This document shows positions 26,558 through 35,731 of a stretch of 64,000 bases of DNA, in pieces. This stretch comes from Desulfobacterales bacterium. Its GTDB lineage: Bacteria > Desulfobacterota > Desulfobacteria > Desulfobacterales > UBA5852. The position numbers and the translations under genes were made by a program. The notes under the pieces were generated by a model. The model was not told the DNA's origin. It ran no database searches and was given only the letters and a program-made list of their open reading frames with translations. How positions within the stretch are numbered: the stretch's first letter is position 1; every line of letters starts with the position of its first letter. The stretch spans positions 2,399,570-2,463,569 of the forward strand of contig CAXXVS010000002.1 of assembly GCA_963674755.2 (NCBI GenBank), in the 5' to 3' direction.

Positions 26558-28699
26558 TTAGAATTTAGAAAGATCCTTAATCTTACCATCTCGTGTATCC
26601 AAAAAAATATTTATTGCCAGTTTTTCTTTATCATCTAAATCGCTAAAATGCGATTCCGTTCGAATTTTTCTAAGTCGTTTATCAACATCATTTAAATCTA
26701 GAAATGTTTCCACACTATCGAGACTAATCCTCCAACTAACACTTTCAACATAATCTGACATCCCATGGCTCCGGACATCAGAAAGAAAATGCTTTATGAA
26801 TCGTATAAGCCCCTCGTCGGTTTTAACTAAGGATTGAACATATTTTTGCGACTGCTCTGGAGCATCCCAGCGACGCCACAAAAATAATATAGAGAGGAGG
26901 TGGTTATGTTCTGTCAATTTCCCGCTCTCTGCCCACTCTTCAATTTTTGCAAGTGCTAATTTGACTAATTCATCAAGTTGATCAGAATTCACTGTCGTAT
27001 TTTCAGGCGGTTCTGGTTTTTCTTTAAAACCATATTTCCCGTGTTGCTGACACTGCACCCCAATTTCATTAACTACTGTATAAATGCTCATTTTTGCAAA
27101 ATTTATCGCACCAGCAAATATTTCGTAGCGTTTATTATGTTCTTTAAAACGATGACTCAATTGATAAAAAAGTCTTAGAATGCGCATCGGAGTACCTGTC
27201 GTGAAAAATCCACGTTCTACATCTGGAAATATGTCTCCAACGTCCATTAGCGCATTAATTATTGGAATTATATTATTCTCAGGTATATCCTCACGTGTGT
27301 AATCTTCCATTCTCTCTAAAAACCGAATAATTTTTTTATCTTGATTAAGTTTGATCAATTCACTGGAAAAAACTTCGGCATTATTTCCAGTTGATAGAAT
27401 TCTTTCAATCTCCCTTAAGGATATTTCATCTTTAGGAATAAATAATTTAAAATATGTGTCAAAAAGATCAGGGCTGCATATCCTCCCTTGCTTTCTCCAA
27501 GACTCAAGAAAACTGTGGCTGTAGCCAACATTTTCCATTTTAGGAAAAAGCCGCTGAAGGAAATCTCTTAAAATATCTTGTTTTAGCTCATTTATTTGCT
27601 CAAGAATCGCCTCAATTCGAGATTCTTCTTTTTGTGCTTTGTCTGAATTCCGGTAGGAATCTCTTACTCCGGAAAAAAGATCTCTATTTTCTCTGATGCT
27701 TCTATATAAATCAGGAATGAAAACCTGAACAGCTGTTATAGCAATGAAATCAATTGGATTAACTTCATCTTTAACTAAACTAAACCCGAAGCTTAATGAA
27801 TTTAGATATCGATTAACATCTCTTATATTGTGGAATAAATACCTAAGACCACTGTGATAGATATTACCCCAATATGTTTTATCCCATCGCCCCTCCGGGA
27901 TGTCTTTAATAAGTTCATCCAATTTTTTAAAAAGAAAATGCTCTACTTCCTTTTTGGATATTTGTGGGATTTCAAAAGGAACTTGAATAACTTTTTCCAA
28001 GTAATCATTTCCAGAGCCTTCTTGAACTTTTTTTAAAGCATTTATGACTACATCCTTATCAAAGGATAGTAGATAAATTGTATTCGGAAAATCAGCTAGC
28101 GATTTTACGAGCTGAAATATTTGCCTAATTTCAGTATTATTTAGTCTATCTATATCGTCTATGACTATAATAATTTTTGTATCAAAATCGCTGAGTAAGA
28201 CATTAAGGTCGCTTTTTATGGCACTCAGGTTTTTCAATGATTCTTCCCCGGCTTTTTCTGACGCCTTTCCAACCCCTTTTAGAGCCTTCGCGATTTTTCC
28301 GATAAATGAAATTGTAGGTACATACTCAAATGGTTCAAAAAACCTTGAATATTTTTGAATAGTTTGTCCTATTTTTATGTGTTTTTCAGCTGAATCATCT
28401 CTACATAGAACCAAGGAAAGTTCGTTAAAGAATTGTTGGATAAGTTGGTTTTGGTCCGAAAAATTCCACGGATTGAATTTTATTATCAAGGGTTTTTTTT
28501 GTGACGAAAAAGATCGTATTTCCTCCAAAGTCAAATTAATGAGTGATGTTTTTCCGGAACCCCATTTGCCAAACAATCCTACAGAAATACTATCTTCTAA
28601 TTCGTAACTCAAAACTGCTTTTGCAAGTGCTCTCGCAAATGAGTGCCGACCAAGTAGATCTTCACTATGGCTATTTATTGGCTGATCTGCGCTAAACAT
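26558..28699 (-). CDS. KAP-family P-loop NTPase (713 aa)
   Basis: The N-terminal DLLGRHSFARALAKAVL...VGLFGKWGSGKTSLINL (Walker A) and IIVIDDIDRL (Walker B) are spaced as in KAP NTPases. The C-terminal half is long, helical and unassigned. The gene is strikingly AT-rich compared with the flanks. Confidence 0.85.
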   Translation of the reverse strand: MFSADQPINSHSEDLLGRHSFARALAKAVLSYELEDSISVGLFGKWGSGKTSLINLTLEEIRSFSSQKKPLIIKFNPWNFSDQNQLIQQFFNELSLVLCRDDSAEKHIKIGQTIQKYSRFFEPFEYVPTISFIGKIAKALKGVGKASEKAGEESLKNLSAIKSDLNVLLSDFDTKIIIVIDDIDRLNNTEIRQIFQLVKSLADFPNTIYLLSFDKDVVINALKKVQEGSGNDYLEKVIQVPFEIPQISKKEVEHFLFKKLDELIKDIPEGRWDKTYWGNIYHSGLRYLFHNIRDVNRYLNSLSFGFSLVKDEVNPIDFIAITAVQVFIPDLYRSIRENRDLFSGVRDSYRNSDKAQKEESRIEAILEQINELKQDILRDFLQRLFPKMENVGYSHSFLESWRKQGRICSPDLFDTYFKLFIPKDEISLREIERILSTGNNAEVFSSELIKLNQDKKIIRFLERMEDYTREDIPENNIIPIINALMDVGDIFPDVERGFFTTGTPMRILRLFYQLSHRFKEHNKRYEIFAGAINFAKMSIYTVVNEIGVQCQQHGKYGFKEKPEPPENTTVNSDQLDELVKLALAKIEEWAESGKLTEHNHLLSILFLWRRWDAPEQSQKYVQSLVKTDEGLIRFIKHFLSDVRSHGMSDYVESVSWRISLDSVETFLDLNDVDKRLRKIRTESHFSDLDDKEKLAINIFLDTRDGKIKDLSKF

Positions 28700-28734
28700 A
28701 TTTAATTAACTCGTGATTTATTTTAGACATTTAA

Positions 28735-28784
28735 CGGCTTGGCTGTGGGGCGCGCGGATTTTTGCGCGTTCCACAGCCAAGCCG
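28735..28784. repeat. GC-rich nested hairpin between the 178-aa gene and the KAP NTPase gene
   Basis: CGGCTTGGCTGTGG-(GGCGCGCGGATTTTTGCGCGTT)-CCACAGCCAAGCCG. The outer stem is a perfect 14 bp, and the loop itself contains CGCGC..GCGCG. Confidence 0.7.
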
Positions 28785-28794
28785 ATTGTTAGCT

Positions 28795-29331
28795 TCAATC
28801 TTTAATGAGTTTATTGTGTGGAATATCAACTGCGTACCAAGCAGAGCATTCAACAGGTTCAGGATTGCTATTTTCAGCAATTATATAGTGTAAATCAATT
28901 GTTTCGCCTGCAGGAATTTTCTTCAGTGGAACATTTAGCCCGTCTTTTTGATATTCTACGAGTGCCAATGGGTCTTCCAGAAATTCAATCCAAGGCATTC
29001 GTCTCGATAGGGCTTCACCATCCTCAGTTCCAACGACAACAATTCCTTGCTTCCCTTCCCAAGATTGAGCATCCAGACACTCACCTGATTCCGGTCCTCC
29101 CTTTATTTCTGTGTCGAATCGGCAGCTAAAATCGAGGTGTTCGAAGCCTGTCAATGAAAATGCCCGCAAGAAAACAGCCCTAACTCGTTGCACTGACATG
29201 CCTGGTGGTAGGATCGGTTCAGGTTTCAGAACCTGAAGCTCGATTGTATATTCGCCGTCAAGACTGGGCACGGCTCGTACAATAAAATGTATCTGCCCCA
29301 GAGCTGTAGATAGTGTTTTTGAGTTTTCCAT
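28795..29331 (-). CDS. hypothetical protein (178 aa) upstream of the KAP NTPase
   Basis: Clean ORF with intermediate GC. I recognise no domain. Confidence 0.55.
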   Translation of the reverse strand: MENSKTLSTALGQIHFIVRAVPSLDGEYTIELQVLKPEPILPPGMSVQRVRAVFLRAFSLTGFEHLDFSCRFDTEIKGGPESGECLDAQSWEGKQGIVVVGTEDGEALSRRMPWIEFLEDPLALVEYQKDGLNVPLKKIPAGETIDLHYIIAENSNPEPVECSAWYAVDIPHNKLIKD

Positions 29332-29619
29332 AGGGGAGCAAACTAGTGATTAACAGGAATTTTTTCCGAATATTGGATATTGACGGAATTTTGGTTTGTA
29401 TTTTAGCGCCATATTTCCCATTTGCGTCGGCAGGAAATTGTCAATTGGTGTGTCCTAGTCGGCATTGACCGAAGGCACTTGCGGCGCCATTGCGGCGTTC
29501 TGGGGGAGGAACCGGCTTCAGAGGTGCAAATGAATCGTTGTTTTCCGTGGCCTGTATCTTGGCAGACCAGTGGAAATTTCTATAAAAGCGTGACTTTTTA
29601 TAAGCCGACCCGCGTCCAG

Positions 29620-30090
29620 CTAAACCGGGCAACGATCCTTCAAATCGACGGCTGTCGGCGCCATTGGGGGCAGGACGCGCACGATCTTGGGGCGGTAGGC
29701 CCGGTCCTGGCCCATGCGGTTGCCCTTGACGCGCACGATGGCCACGGTCAGGAAAAAGGCGGCAAAGCCCAAAATGGCCGAGCAGGCCGAGCTGTCGTAG
29801 CCATAGTACGTGGCGGCTTGGTCGCCCAGGAGGGCCCCGGCCAGCAATCCGACGACAGGGAAGACGTAGAGCAGGAAAGTGGCCTTGAGAAAGGCCGAGG
29901 TCTTGATATCAATGAGGATCCGGTCGCCGAGCTTGGCGCCCACTTCGTTGATGACTTCCACTTCCGTATCCTCCCGCTGGCCATTGCAGCTCCCGCAGGA
30001 GGGGCAGCTGGCGCAGGCCTCGGAAGGCAGGGTGCGAACCCAGGCCGTGCCGGGTCCTATTTTGGTAACGATGCCTTTTTCAGTAGCCAT
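29620..30090 (-). CDS. RseC/MucC-family (SoxR-reducing system-like) membrane protein
   Basis: The N-terminal beta-domain carries a Cys cluster (EACASCPSCGSC) and is followed by two TM helices, as in RseC-family proteins. Confidence 0.7.
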   Translation of the reverse strand: MATEKGIVTKIGPGTAWVRTLPSEACASCPSCGSCNGQREDTEVEVINEVGAKLGDRILIDIKTSAFLKATFLLYVFPVVGLLAGALLGDQAATYYGYDSSACSAILGFAAFFLTVAIVRVKGNRMGQDRAYRPKIVRVLPPMAPTAVDLKDRCPV

Positions 30091-30238
30091 ATTTAAAAAT
30101 CAACCCTTATTTAAAAATGAAGCCTTCGGCTTAATTTTTAAATCATTTTAAAGCATTAGTAGATTACCTCTATCCAGCAACAGACCGTGTCATATCCCAA
30201 ACAACTTATGTCCGCCCCAGAAATGAGGATTTTTTGTG

Positions 30239-30320
30239 CTGGTCAAGGCCGCACGAGGGTTTGCGGTGAGGCGTACGACGGTACGCCGCAGCCGCAAACC
30301 TCGCGGAGAACGACGACCAG
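30239..30320. repeat. family-2-like element, diverged
   Basis: Closing stem CTGGTC/GACCAG, CAAGGC after the 5' arm, central hairpin GGTTTGCGG-TGAG-GCGTAC-GAC-GGTACGCC-GCAG-CCGCAAACC, then AACGACGA. Confidence 0.4.
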
Positions 30321-30349
30321 GGCAAAAAAGACCGTTTCTGGATCGAATA

Positions 30350-32443
30350 TCAAGCGGTTTTCCGCAAGTCCTGTATCTCCGTCGTCTCCGTATGGGCGTA
30401 ACAGATCAGGCCGCATTGGAGGCAGCGCGACGCTTCGGCGCGGGTCTCTTCTTCGCTGAAACCCAGCTCCAGCTGGCCTTCACGATCGAGATCGCGTGAA
30501 GGGGCCACCGGCATGATATGACGAACCGTCGGAGCCACTTCGTAAACCGCATCCACGTTCTGGATCAGCTCGTCCGGGGTGCAGATCTTCTCCGGTACGT
30601 CGGGCGTCATGCCGTACAACATCTGGTGCAGGGAGGCGGCCGCCCGGCGCCCGGCGCCGATGGCTTTGATGGCGCCACTGTAATCCGTAATGACGTCTCC
30701 CGGCGCAAACAGGCCGATTTCGTGACTGATGTCGGCCTTTTTGTAGGGGGGTATGGCGTTCCAGCGCAGCGGCCCTTCGGCGGCGGCCGTGTTCTCGCCT
30801 TCTTCCACCTCCGGCTGGTGGCGGGTGAAAATCAGCTCGGGGAAACGACCGGAGGCCAATACGAGGGTCTCCGCCGGCAGGGCGGTGGTTTCGCGGGTAT
30901 CCACATCGGCCCAGGTCACACTGTCTAACCGATCCTCCTCCCCGCTCAGCATCACTACGGCCGCCTTGAACACGACCTTGGCGCCGAGTTTTTCGAGAGC
31001 TTCCAGATCATCGCTTTGCAGGGGGGTCTCCTCCCGGCTTTCGCGCAGCAGCACGGTAATGCCGGAGGCGCCGCGGCGCTTGGCGATTTGGGCGGCCTCC
31101 ACGGCCAGCTTGCCACCGCCCACGATCACGGCCTGCGGGTGAACCACGATACCCGGATCGTCCTTGCGGCCGAAGCGGATGAAGTCGATCAGCAGATAAG
31201 CCCCCGGAAACGGCGTTTGCAGGACACCGGCTTCGTTGCGTGCCAGACGGCTGTCCCAACCCCCGGAAGCCAGAAAGACCGTTTCGAAACCCTCTTTGAG
31301 CAGATCGGTCACGGTGAAGTCACGGCCCATGGCCTGGTTCAGCCGGGCCTCGACGCCCATCTCCAGGATGCCCTCGATATCCCAGTCCAGGATCTCATGG
31401 GACAACCGGTAGCGGGAAATGGCACTGCGCAGCAGGCCGCCCATCTGGGCCGTGGCCTCGTAGACCACCGGCGAATGCCCCAGGCGGGCGCTGAAAAAGG
31501 CGGTGGAAAGCCCTTCCACGCCGCCGCCCACCACTGCGATGCGGCGGCCGGTTTCCGGCGCCTTGAAGGGTTGGATGCGCTCGCCGCTTTGGCGTTCGGC
31601 GTCGGCCACAAAGCGTTTGACGTAGTTGATGGCCACGGGTTCGTCCACATACTGCCGCCGACACTGGTCTTCACAGGGCCGCGGACAGATGCGCCCGATG
31701 ACTGTCGGGAAGGGGTTGCGCTCCTTGATGACCTGCACGGAGCCCTTGTAATCCCCTTCGGCCGCCAAACGGAGATATTCCCGGATATTGATGCCGGCCG
31801 GACAGGCCCGCTGGCAGGGGGTGGTGCATTCGTCGCTCAGGTATTCCTTGAGGATCCGGCGGGTGACCGACGAGAGGTTGATGATGGTCTTGGGGCAGAC
31901 CCGCTCGCAGGTGCCGCAGCCGGTGCATTTCAGCTCGTCCACCACCGGCAGGCCTTCGGGACCCATGGTGATGGCGTTGAAGGGGCAGGCCCGGGCGCAG
32001 GTGCCCAGCCCGAGGCAGCCGATATTGCAGACCTTCATGCCGCCCGCCAGCAAAGCCACGGCCCGGCAGTCGTTCAGGCCGTCGTAGCGATATTTGGTGT
32101 CGGCATCCTTGACGCCGTAAGTGCACCCCGGCGCGGCGATATCCGGCTCCTTGGCCTCGACACTGACGCCCAGTACGCCAGCAATGGCTTCGGCGGTCTC
32201 GGGAGGAGCGGCGACACAGGAGTTCGGCGCGGCGCGACCCGCCACGATGGCCTCCGCATTGGCGCTGCACCCCGGCAGTCCGCAGCCGCCGCAATTGGCA
32301 CCGGGCAGCAAGTCTTCCACGGCCAGAATTTTGGGATCGACATAGACATAGAAAATTTTCGATGCCGCCGCCAGCAGGATGCCGACGGTCACACCCAGAC
32401 CGCCCAGTAGTATCAGTGCTTGAAGTATTGAATCCCCCATCAT
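30350..32443 (-). CDS. RnfB-like membrane-anchored Fe-S domain fused to GltD-like NAD(P)H flavin oxidoreductase
   Basis: N-terminal TM helix plus CGGCGLPGC, and two 4Fe-4S motifs (CLGLGTCARACP, CTGCGTCERVCP) as in RnfB. Then CQRACPAGINI, ICPRPCEDQC and the GGGVEGLS dinucleotide fold as in the glutamate synthase small subunit. Confidence 0.8.
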   Translation of the reverse strand: MMGDSILQALILLGGLGVTVGILLAAASKIFYVYVDPKILAVEDLLPGANCGGCGLPGCSANAEAIVAGRAAPNSCVAAPPETAEAIAGVLGVSVEAKEPDIAAPGCTYGVKDADTKYRYDGLNDCRAVALLAGGMKVCNIGCLGLGTCARACPFNAITMGPEGLPVVDELKCTGCGTCERVCPKTIINLSSVTRRILKEYLSDECTTPCQRACPAGINIREYLRLAAEGDYKGSVQVIKERNPFPTVIGRICPRPCEDQCRRQYVDEPVAINYVKRFVADAERQSGERIQPFKAPETGRRIAVVGGGVEGLSTAFFSARLGHSPVVYEATAQMGGLLRSAISRYRLSHEILDWDIEGILEMGVEARLNQAMGRDFTVTDLLKEGFETVFLASGGWDSRLARNEAGVLQTPFPGAYLLIDFIRFGRKDDPGIVVHPQAVIVGGGKLAVEAAQIAKRRGASGITVLLRESREETPLQSDDLEALEKLGAKVVFKAAVVMLSGEEDRLDSVTWADVDTRETTALPAETLVLASGRFPELIFTRHQPEVEEGENTAAAEGPLRWNAIPPYKKADISHEIGLFAPGDVITDYSGAIKAIGAGRRAAASLHQMLYGMTPDVPEKICTPDELIQNVDAVYEVAPTVRHIMPVAPSRDLDREGQLELGFSEEETRAEASRCLQCGLICYAHTETTEIQDLRKTA

Positions 32444-32494
32444 GTCATTCCTCCGGACGGACGAAAAAAACAGCCGTCATCCGTCCTTTGCCGA

Positions 32495-34342
32495 TTAAGA
32501 GATGGCGTCGAATTTACATTTATCGTAGCAGGTCAGGCATTGAATACAAGCGTCCTTGTCGATACGGGCGACCTGCTTCTTTTCCCAGGCGATGGCCTCC
32601 ACCGGGCAGGCCCGGGCGCACATGCCGCACATGGTGCAGGCCTCCGGGTCCACCTCGAATTTGAGCAGGGCCACGCAACGCTTGGCCGGACAGCGGTGCT
32701 CCAGGATGTGCGCTTCATACTCGTCCCGGAAATAGCGCAGGGTGGAGAGCACCGGGTTGGGGCCGGTCTGGCCCAGGCCGCACAGGGCGGTTTCCTTGAT
32801 CACGGCCGAGAGGGTTTCGAGCTCGTCCAGGTCCTGGGGTTCGCCCTCGCCGCCGCAGATTTTTTTCAGCAGTTCCAGCAAACGCCGGGTGCCCTCCCGG
32901 CAGGGGGTGCATTTGCCGCAGGATTCATCCTGGATGAAATCCATGAAAAAACGCGCCATGTCCACCATGCAGGTGTTGTCGTCCATGACAATGGCCCCGC
33001 CGGAGCCCATGATGGCGCCCACCTTGGCGATCTCCTCGTAGTCCACCGGGGTGTCCAGGTGGCTGTCGGGGATGCAGCCCCCGGAAGGACCGCCCAGCTG
33101 CACCGCCTTGAACTTGCGTTTTTTGGGAATCCCGCCGCCGATGTCATAGATCATGGTCCGCAGGGAGGTTCCCATGGGGACCTCCACCAGGCCGATGTTG
33201 TTGATGTCGCCCGACATGGCGAACACCTTGGTGCCCTTGCTGGTCTCGGTGCCGACACTGGCATACCAGGCGCCGCCCTTGAGGATGATCTGGGGCACGT
33301 TGGCCAGGGTTTCCACATTGTTCAGGATGGTGGGTTTCTCCCACAAGCCCTGGTGGGCCGGGAAAGGCGGGCGCGGACGCGGCATGCCGCGCTTGCCCTC
33401 GATGGATCGCATGAGGGCCGTCTCTTCGCCACACACGAAGGCGCCGGCCCCCTGGTAGATCTCCACGTGGAAATCGAAGCCCGAATCCAGGATGTTGTCC
33501 CCGATCAAGCCGCGTTCCCGGGCCTGTTCGATGGCGATCCCCAGCCGCCGGATGGCCAGCGGATATTCGGTGCGGGCGTAGATATACCCCTGATGGGCAT
33601 TGATGGCCTTGGCGGCGATGATCATGCCTTCCAGCACGGCGTGGGGATCGGCTTCCAGGATGCTGCGGTCCATAAAGGCGCCGGGATCGCCCTCATCGGC
33701 GTTGCAAAGCACATATTTGACCTCGCCGGGGCTGGCTTTGGCAAACTGCCACTTCATGCCGGCCGGAAATCCGGCCCCGCCCCGGCCGCGCAGGCCGGAC
33801 GTTTTCATTTCTTCGATGATCTCATCAGCGGAAAGTTGGTGGAGGGCCTTGGCCACCGCCTGATAGCCGTCCCGGGCAATGTAGTCTTCGATGACCTCCG
33901 GGTCGATGAGCCCCTTGTTGCGCAAGGCCCGGGGCATCTGGTGGGCAAAAAAGGGAATATCGTCCTGGCAGGGAATCTTTTTCTTGGTGACCGGGTCCTT
34001 GTAGCAAAGCTTTTCCACCGGCTTGCCGCCGACGATATGTTCGTCCAGGATAAGCGCCACATCGTCCACGGTCAGCTTCTGATAGAAAATATCGCCCGGA
34101 TGCACCACCATGATGGGCCCCATGGCGCAAAACCCGTTGCAGCCCGTCTCGATCACCCGCACCTTGTCCTGGAGTCCCTTGGCAACGACGTCTTCCCGCA
34201 GCCGCTTGATAACGGCGATGCTGCCGGTGGCGTGGCAGCCGGTGCCGCCGCACACCATCAGACGGAATACGCCCGGCTCGTCGAGCCGTGCGGCGGCCTT
34301 CTCCTGCACCGCCTGAAGTTCTGCAATGGTAAACGCACCCAT
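32495..34342 (-). CDS. NuoF/HndC-type NAD(P)H-binding flavoprotein with ferredoxin domains
   Basis: Thioredoxin-like 2Fe-2S N-terminus (VCGGTGCHATGS), FMN/NADH region (GRGGAGFPAGMKW), ESCGKCTPCREG, and a C-terminal 2x[4Fe-4S] (CTMCGMCARACP, CIQCLTCYDKC). Confidence 0.9.
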   Translation of the reverse strand: MGAFTIAELQAVQEKAAARLDEPGVFRLMVCGGTGCHATGSIAVIKRLREDVVAKGLQDKVRVIETGCNGFCAMGPIMVVHPGDIFYQKLTVDDVALILDEHIVGGKPVEKLCYKDPVTKKKIPCQDDIPFFAHQMPRALRNKGLIDPEVIEDYIARDGYQAVAKALHQLSADEIIEEMKTSGLRGRGGAGFPAGMKWQFAKASPGEVKYVLCNADEGDPGAFMDRSILEADPHAVLEGMIIAAKAINAHQGYIYARTEYPLAIRRLGIAIEQARERGLIGDNILDSGFDFHVEIYQGAGAFVCGEETALMRSIEGKRGMPRPRPPFPAHQGLWEKPTILNNVETLANVPQIILKGGAWYASVGTETSKGTKVFAMSGDINNIGLVEVPMGTSLRTMIYDIGGGIPKKRKFKAVQLGGPSGGCIPDSHLDTPVDYEEIAKVGAIMGSGGAIVMDDNTCMVDMARFFMDFIQDESCGKCTPCREGTRRLLELLKKICGGEGEPQDLDELETLSAVIKETALCGLGQTGPNPVLSTLRYFRDEYEAHILEHRCPAKRCVALLKFEVDPEACTMCGMCARACPVEAIAWEKKQVARIDKDACIQCLTCYDKCKFDAIS

Positions 34343-34361
34343 AAGATTCCCTTTCCGGCTG

Positions 34362-34715
34362 TTACCAGGATCCGTCCAGCCCCCGCAATCCGTTCATATA
34401 GAGCTTGCCGATGGAGATAAACATGGAGTAGTCCGTGACGAGCAACGGCAGTTTGAAGCTTTCGGCCTGGGCGATGACCCGCGGCGAAGGCTCCTTGCCA
34501 CGCACGAAAACCACGGCGCCGATCTGTGAAATGGTGGCCGATCGAACCACTTCCTCGGTGGTCAGGCCGGTCAGCAGAAGACCGTCCTTGGCCACGGCGG
34601 ACAGGATGGCCTCCATGATATCCGCCCCGCCCCCGGCCACGATGTTGCGGTCCATGTCATCGTTTCCCGTCAAAACCCTGGCTTTGAGAATGTCCTTGAT
34701 TTCCGATAGTTTCAT
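34362..34715 (-). CDS. DRTGG-domain protein
   Basis: The sequence LLLTGLTTEEVVRSA...GAVVFVRG..P contains an LLLTG stretch that resembles, but does not match, the DRTGG signature. It sits between the NuoE- and NuoF-like genes. The start is taken at ATG 34715 (GTG 34730 is possible). Confidence 0.7.
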   Translation of the reverse strand: MKLSEIKDILKARVLTGNDDMDRNIVAGGGADIMEAILSAVAKDGLLLTGLTTEEVVRSATISQIGAVVFVRGKEPSPRVIAQAESFKLPLLVTDYSMFISIGKLYMNGLRGLDGSW

Positions 34716-34738
34716 ACCGCTCACCGTCACTAGGCTGG

Positions 34739-35233
34739 TTATTCGTATTGGTTGAGAATCTGGATTACCTTATCGGAACTGATCGCCCCATGGGTGTCGC
34801 TGCCCACGACCATGACCGGCGCCAGGCCGCAAGCTCCCAGACAGCGGACCGCTTCCAGTGAAAAACGACGATCCGGGGAAGTTCCCCCTTCCTCCAGATC
34901 GAACTCATTGCGGATCCGGGCCACGACCTCTTTGATCCCTTTGACATAGCAGGCGGTTCCGGTGCAAACCTTTATCGTATGGCGACCCTTGGGTTCGAAG
35001 GAAAACAGGGCGTAAAATGAGGCCACGCCGAAAACATCGCTGCGGGACAGGTTCATACCCCGGGCGATGTATTCCATCAATTCCACAGGCAGATAGCCGA
35101 CCACGGCCTGGCAGCGGCGCAGGACCGCAATGACGGAACCCGCGATGGTGCGATTTTCCGCGATAATGGTATCGATCTGATCCCACATGTCAGGGGTGAT
35201 ATCCGGATGCTCGGGGCGAAAGGCAGGCGTCAT
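34739..35233 (-). CDS. NuoE/HndA-type [2Fe-2S] thioredoxin-like subunit
   Basis: The cysteine motifs CTGTACYVKG and CLGACGLAP are present, and the ~160-aa length fits. Confidence 0.9.
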   Translation of the reverse strand: MTPAFRPEHPDITPDMWDQIDTIIAENRTIAGSVIAVLRRCQAVVGYLPVELMEYIARGMNLSRSDVFGVASFYALFSFEPKGRHTIKVCTGTACYVKGIKEVVARIRNEFDLEEGGTSPDRRFSLEAVRCLGACGLAPVMVVGSDTHGAISSDKVIQILNQYE

Positions 35234-35637
35234 GGTCCGTCTCCAATTACTAAGTTGGCAATATCAGCGCGTCATCGGGTGTCGCTCAAACGAAGACGGA
35301 AGCGGAGATTTGTCCGCGCCGGATACTGTCGTAAGCCGACCATGGTCGACACGGCCGCGCCTGAAGCGGTACGGGCGCCTTCATGGAAGCCTTGCCACCA
35401 TCCGCCATACGGCCGATTGTTGCAAACGCTTCGGTGAACGGGGAATCCGCTGCCGACAAATCACTTCTTCCGATTGGCCATCAAACCCAAAAACTATGTT
35501 AGAAGTATGCAAAAAACTCGCTTATCACAATCACTTGAACTGGGCAACATGTAATAGGCGGCCCGCTTCCCGGCAGGAACGGGTTGGCCGGCGGCTGAAG
35601 GTCCTCGTATGGGTGCATAGGGCCACGTTGCCCTGCC

Positions 35638-35666
35638 TTGACGCCGTCCGGCCCCTGGTCTATAAG
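35638..35666 (+). promoter_or_regulatory. candidate sigma70-type promoter of the salvage cluster
   Basis: TTGACG - 17 nt - TATAAG, ~65 nt upstream of ATG 35732. Confidence 0.35.
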
Positions 35667-35731
35667 CCAGGCGTGCGCCGGCGCGCCGTAAGCCTGATTT
35701 GATAAACCTGACACCCGGGAGCCCGGTTCCA

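Noticed and set aside
29422-30096. 224-aa + strand ORF
   Set aside because: It is antisense to the RseC-family gene, whose Cys cluster and TM helices are recognisable. No RBS is visible.
33458-33475. parS-like palindrome (TCTCCACGTGGAAAT) and a general search for parS near parAB
   Set aside because: It matches TGTTNCACGTGAAACA at only ~11/16 positions and lies inside the NuoF-like coding region. No convincing parS was found by eye near 46.0-48.1 kb.
31016-34420. Long + strand ORFs 31016..32410 (464 aa) and 32540..34420 (626 aa)
   Set aside because: They are antisense shadows of the RnfB-GltD fusion and NuoF-like genes. They have no motifs and a Gly/Ala/His/Asp-rich composition.
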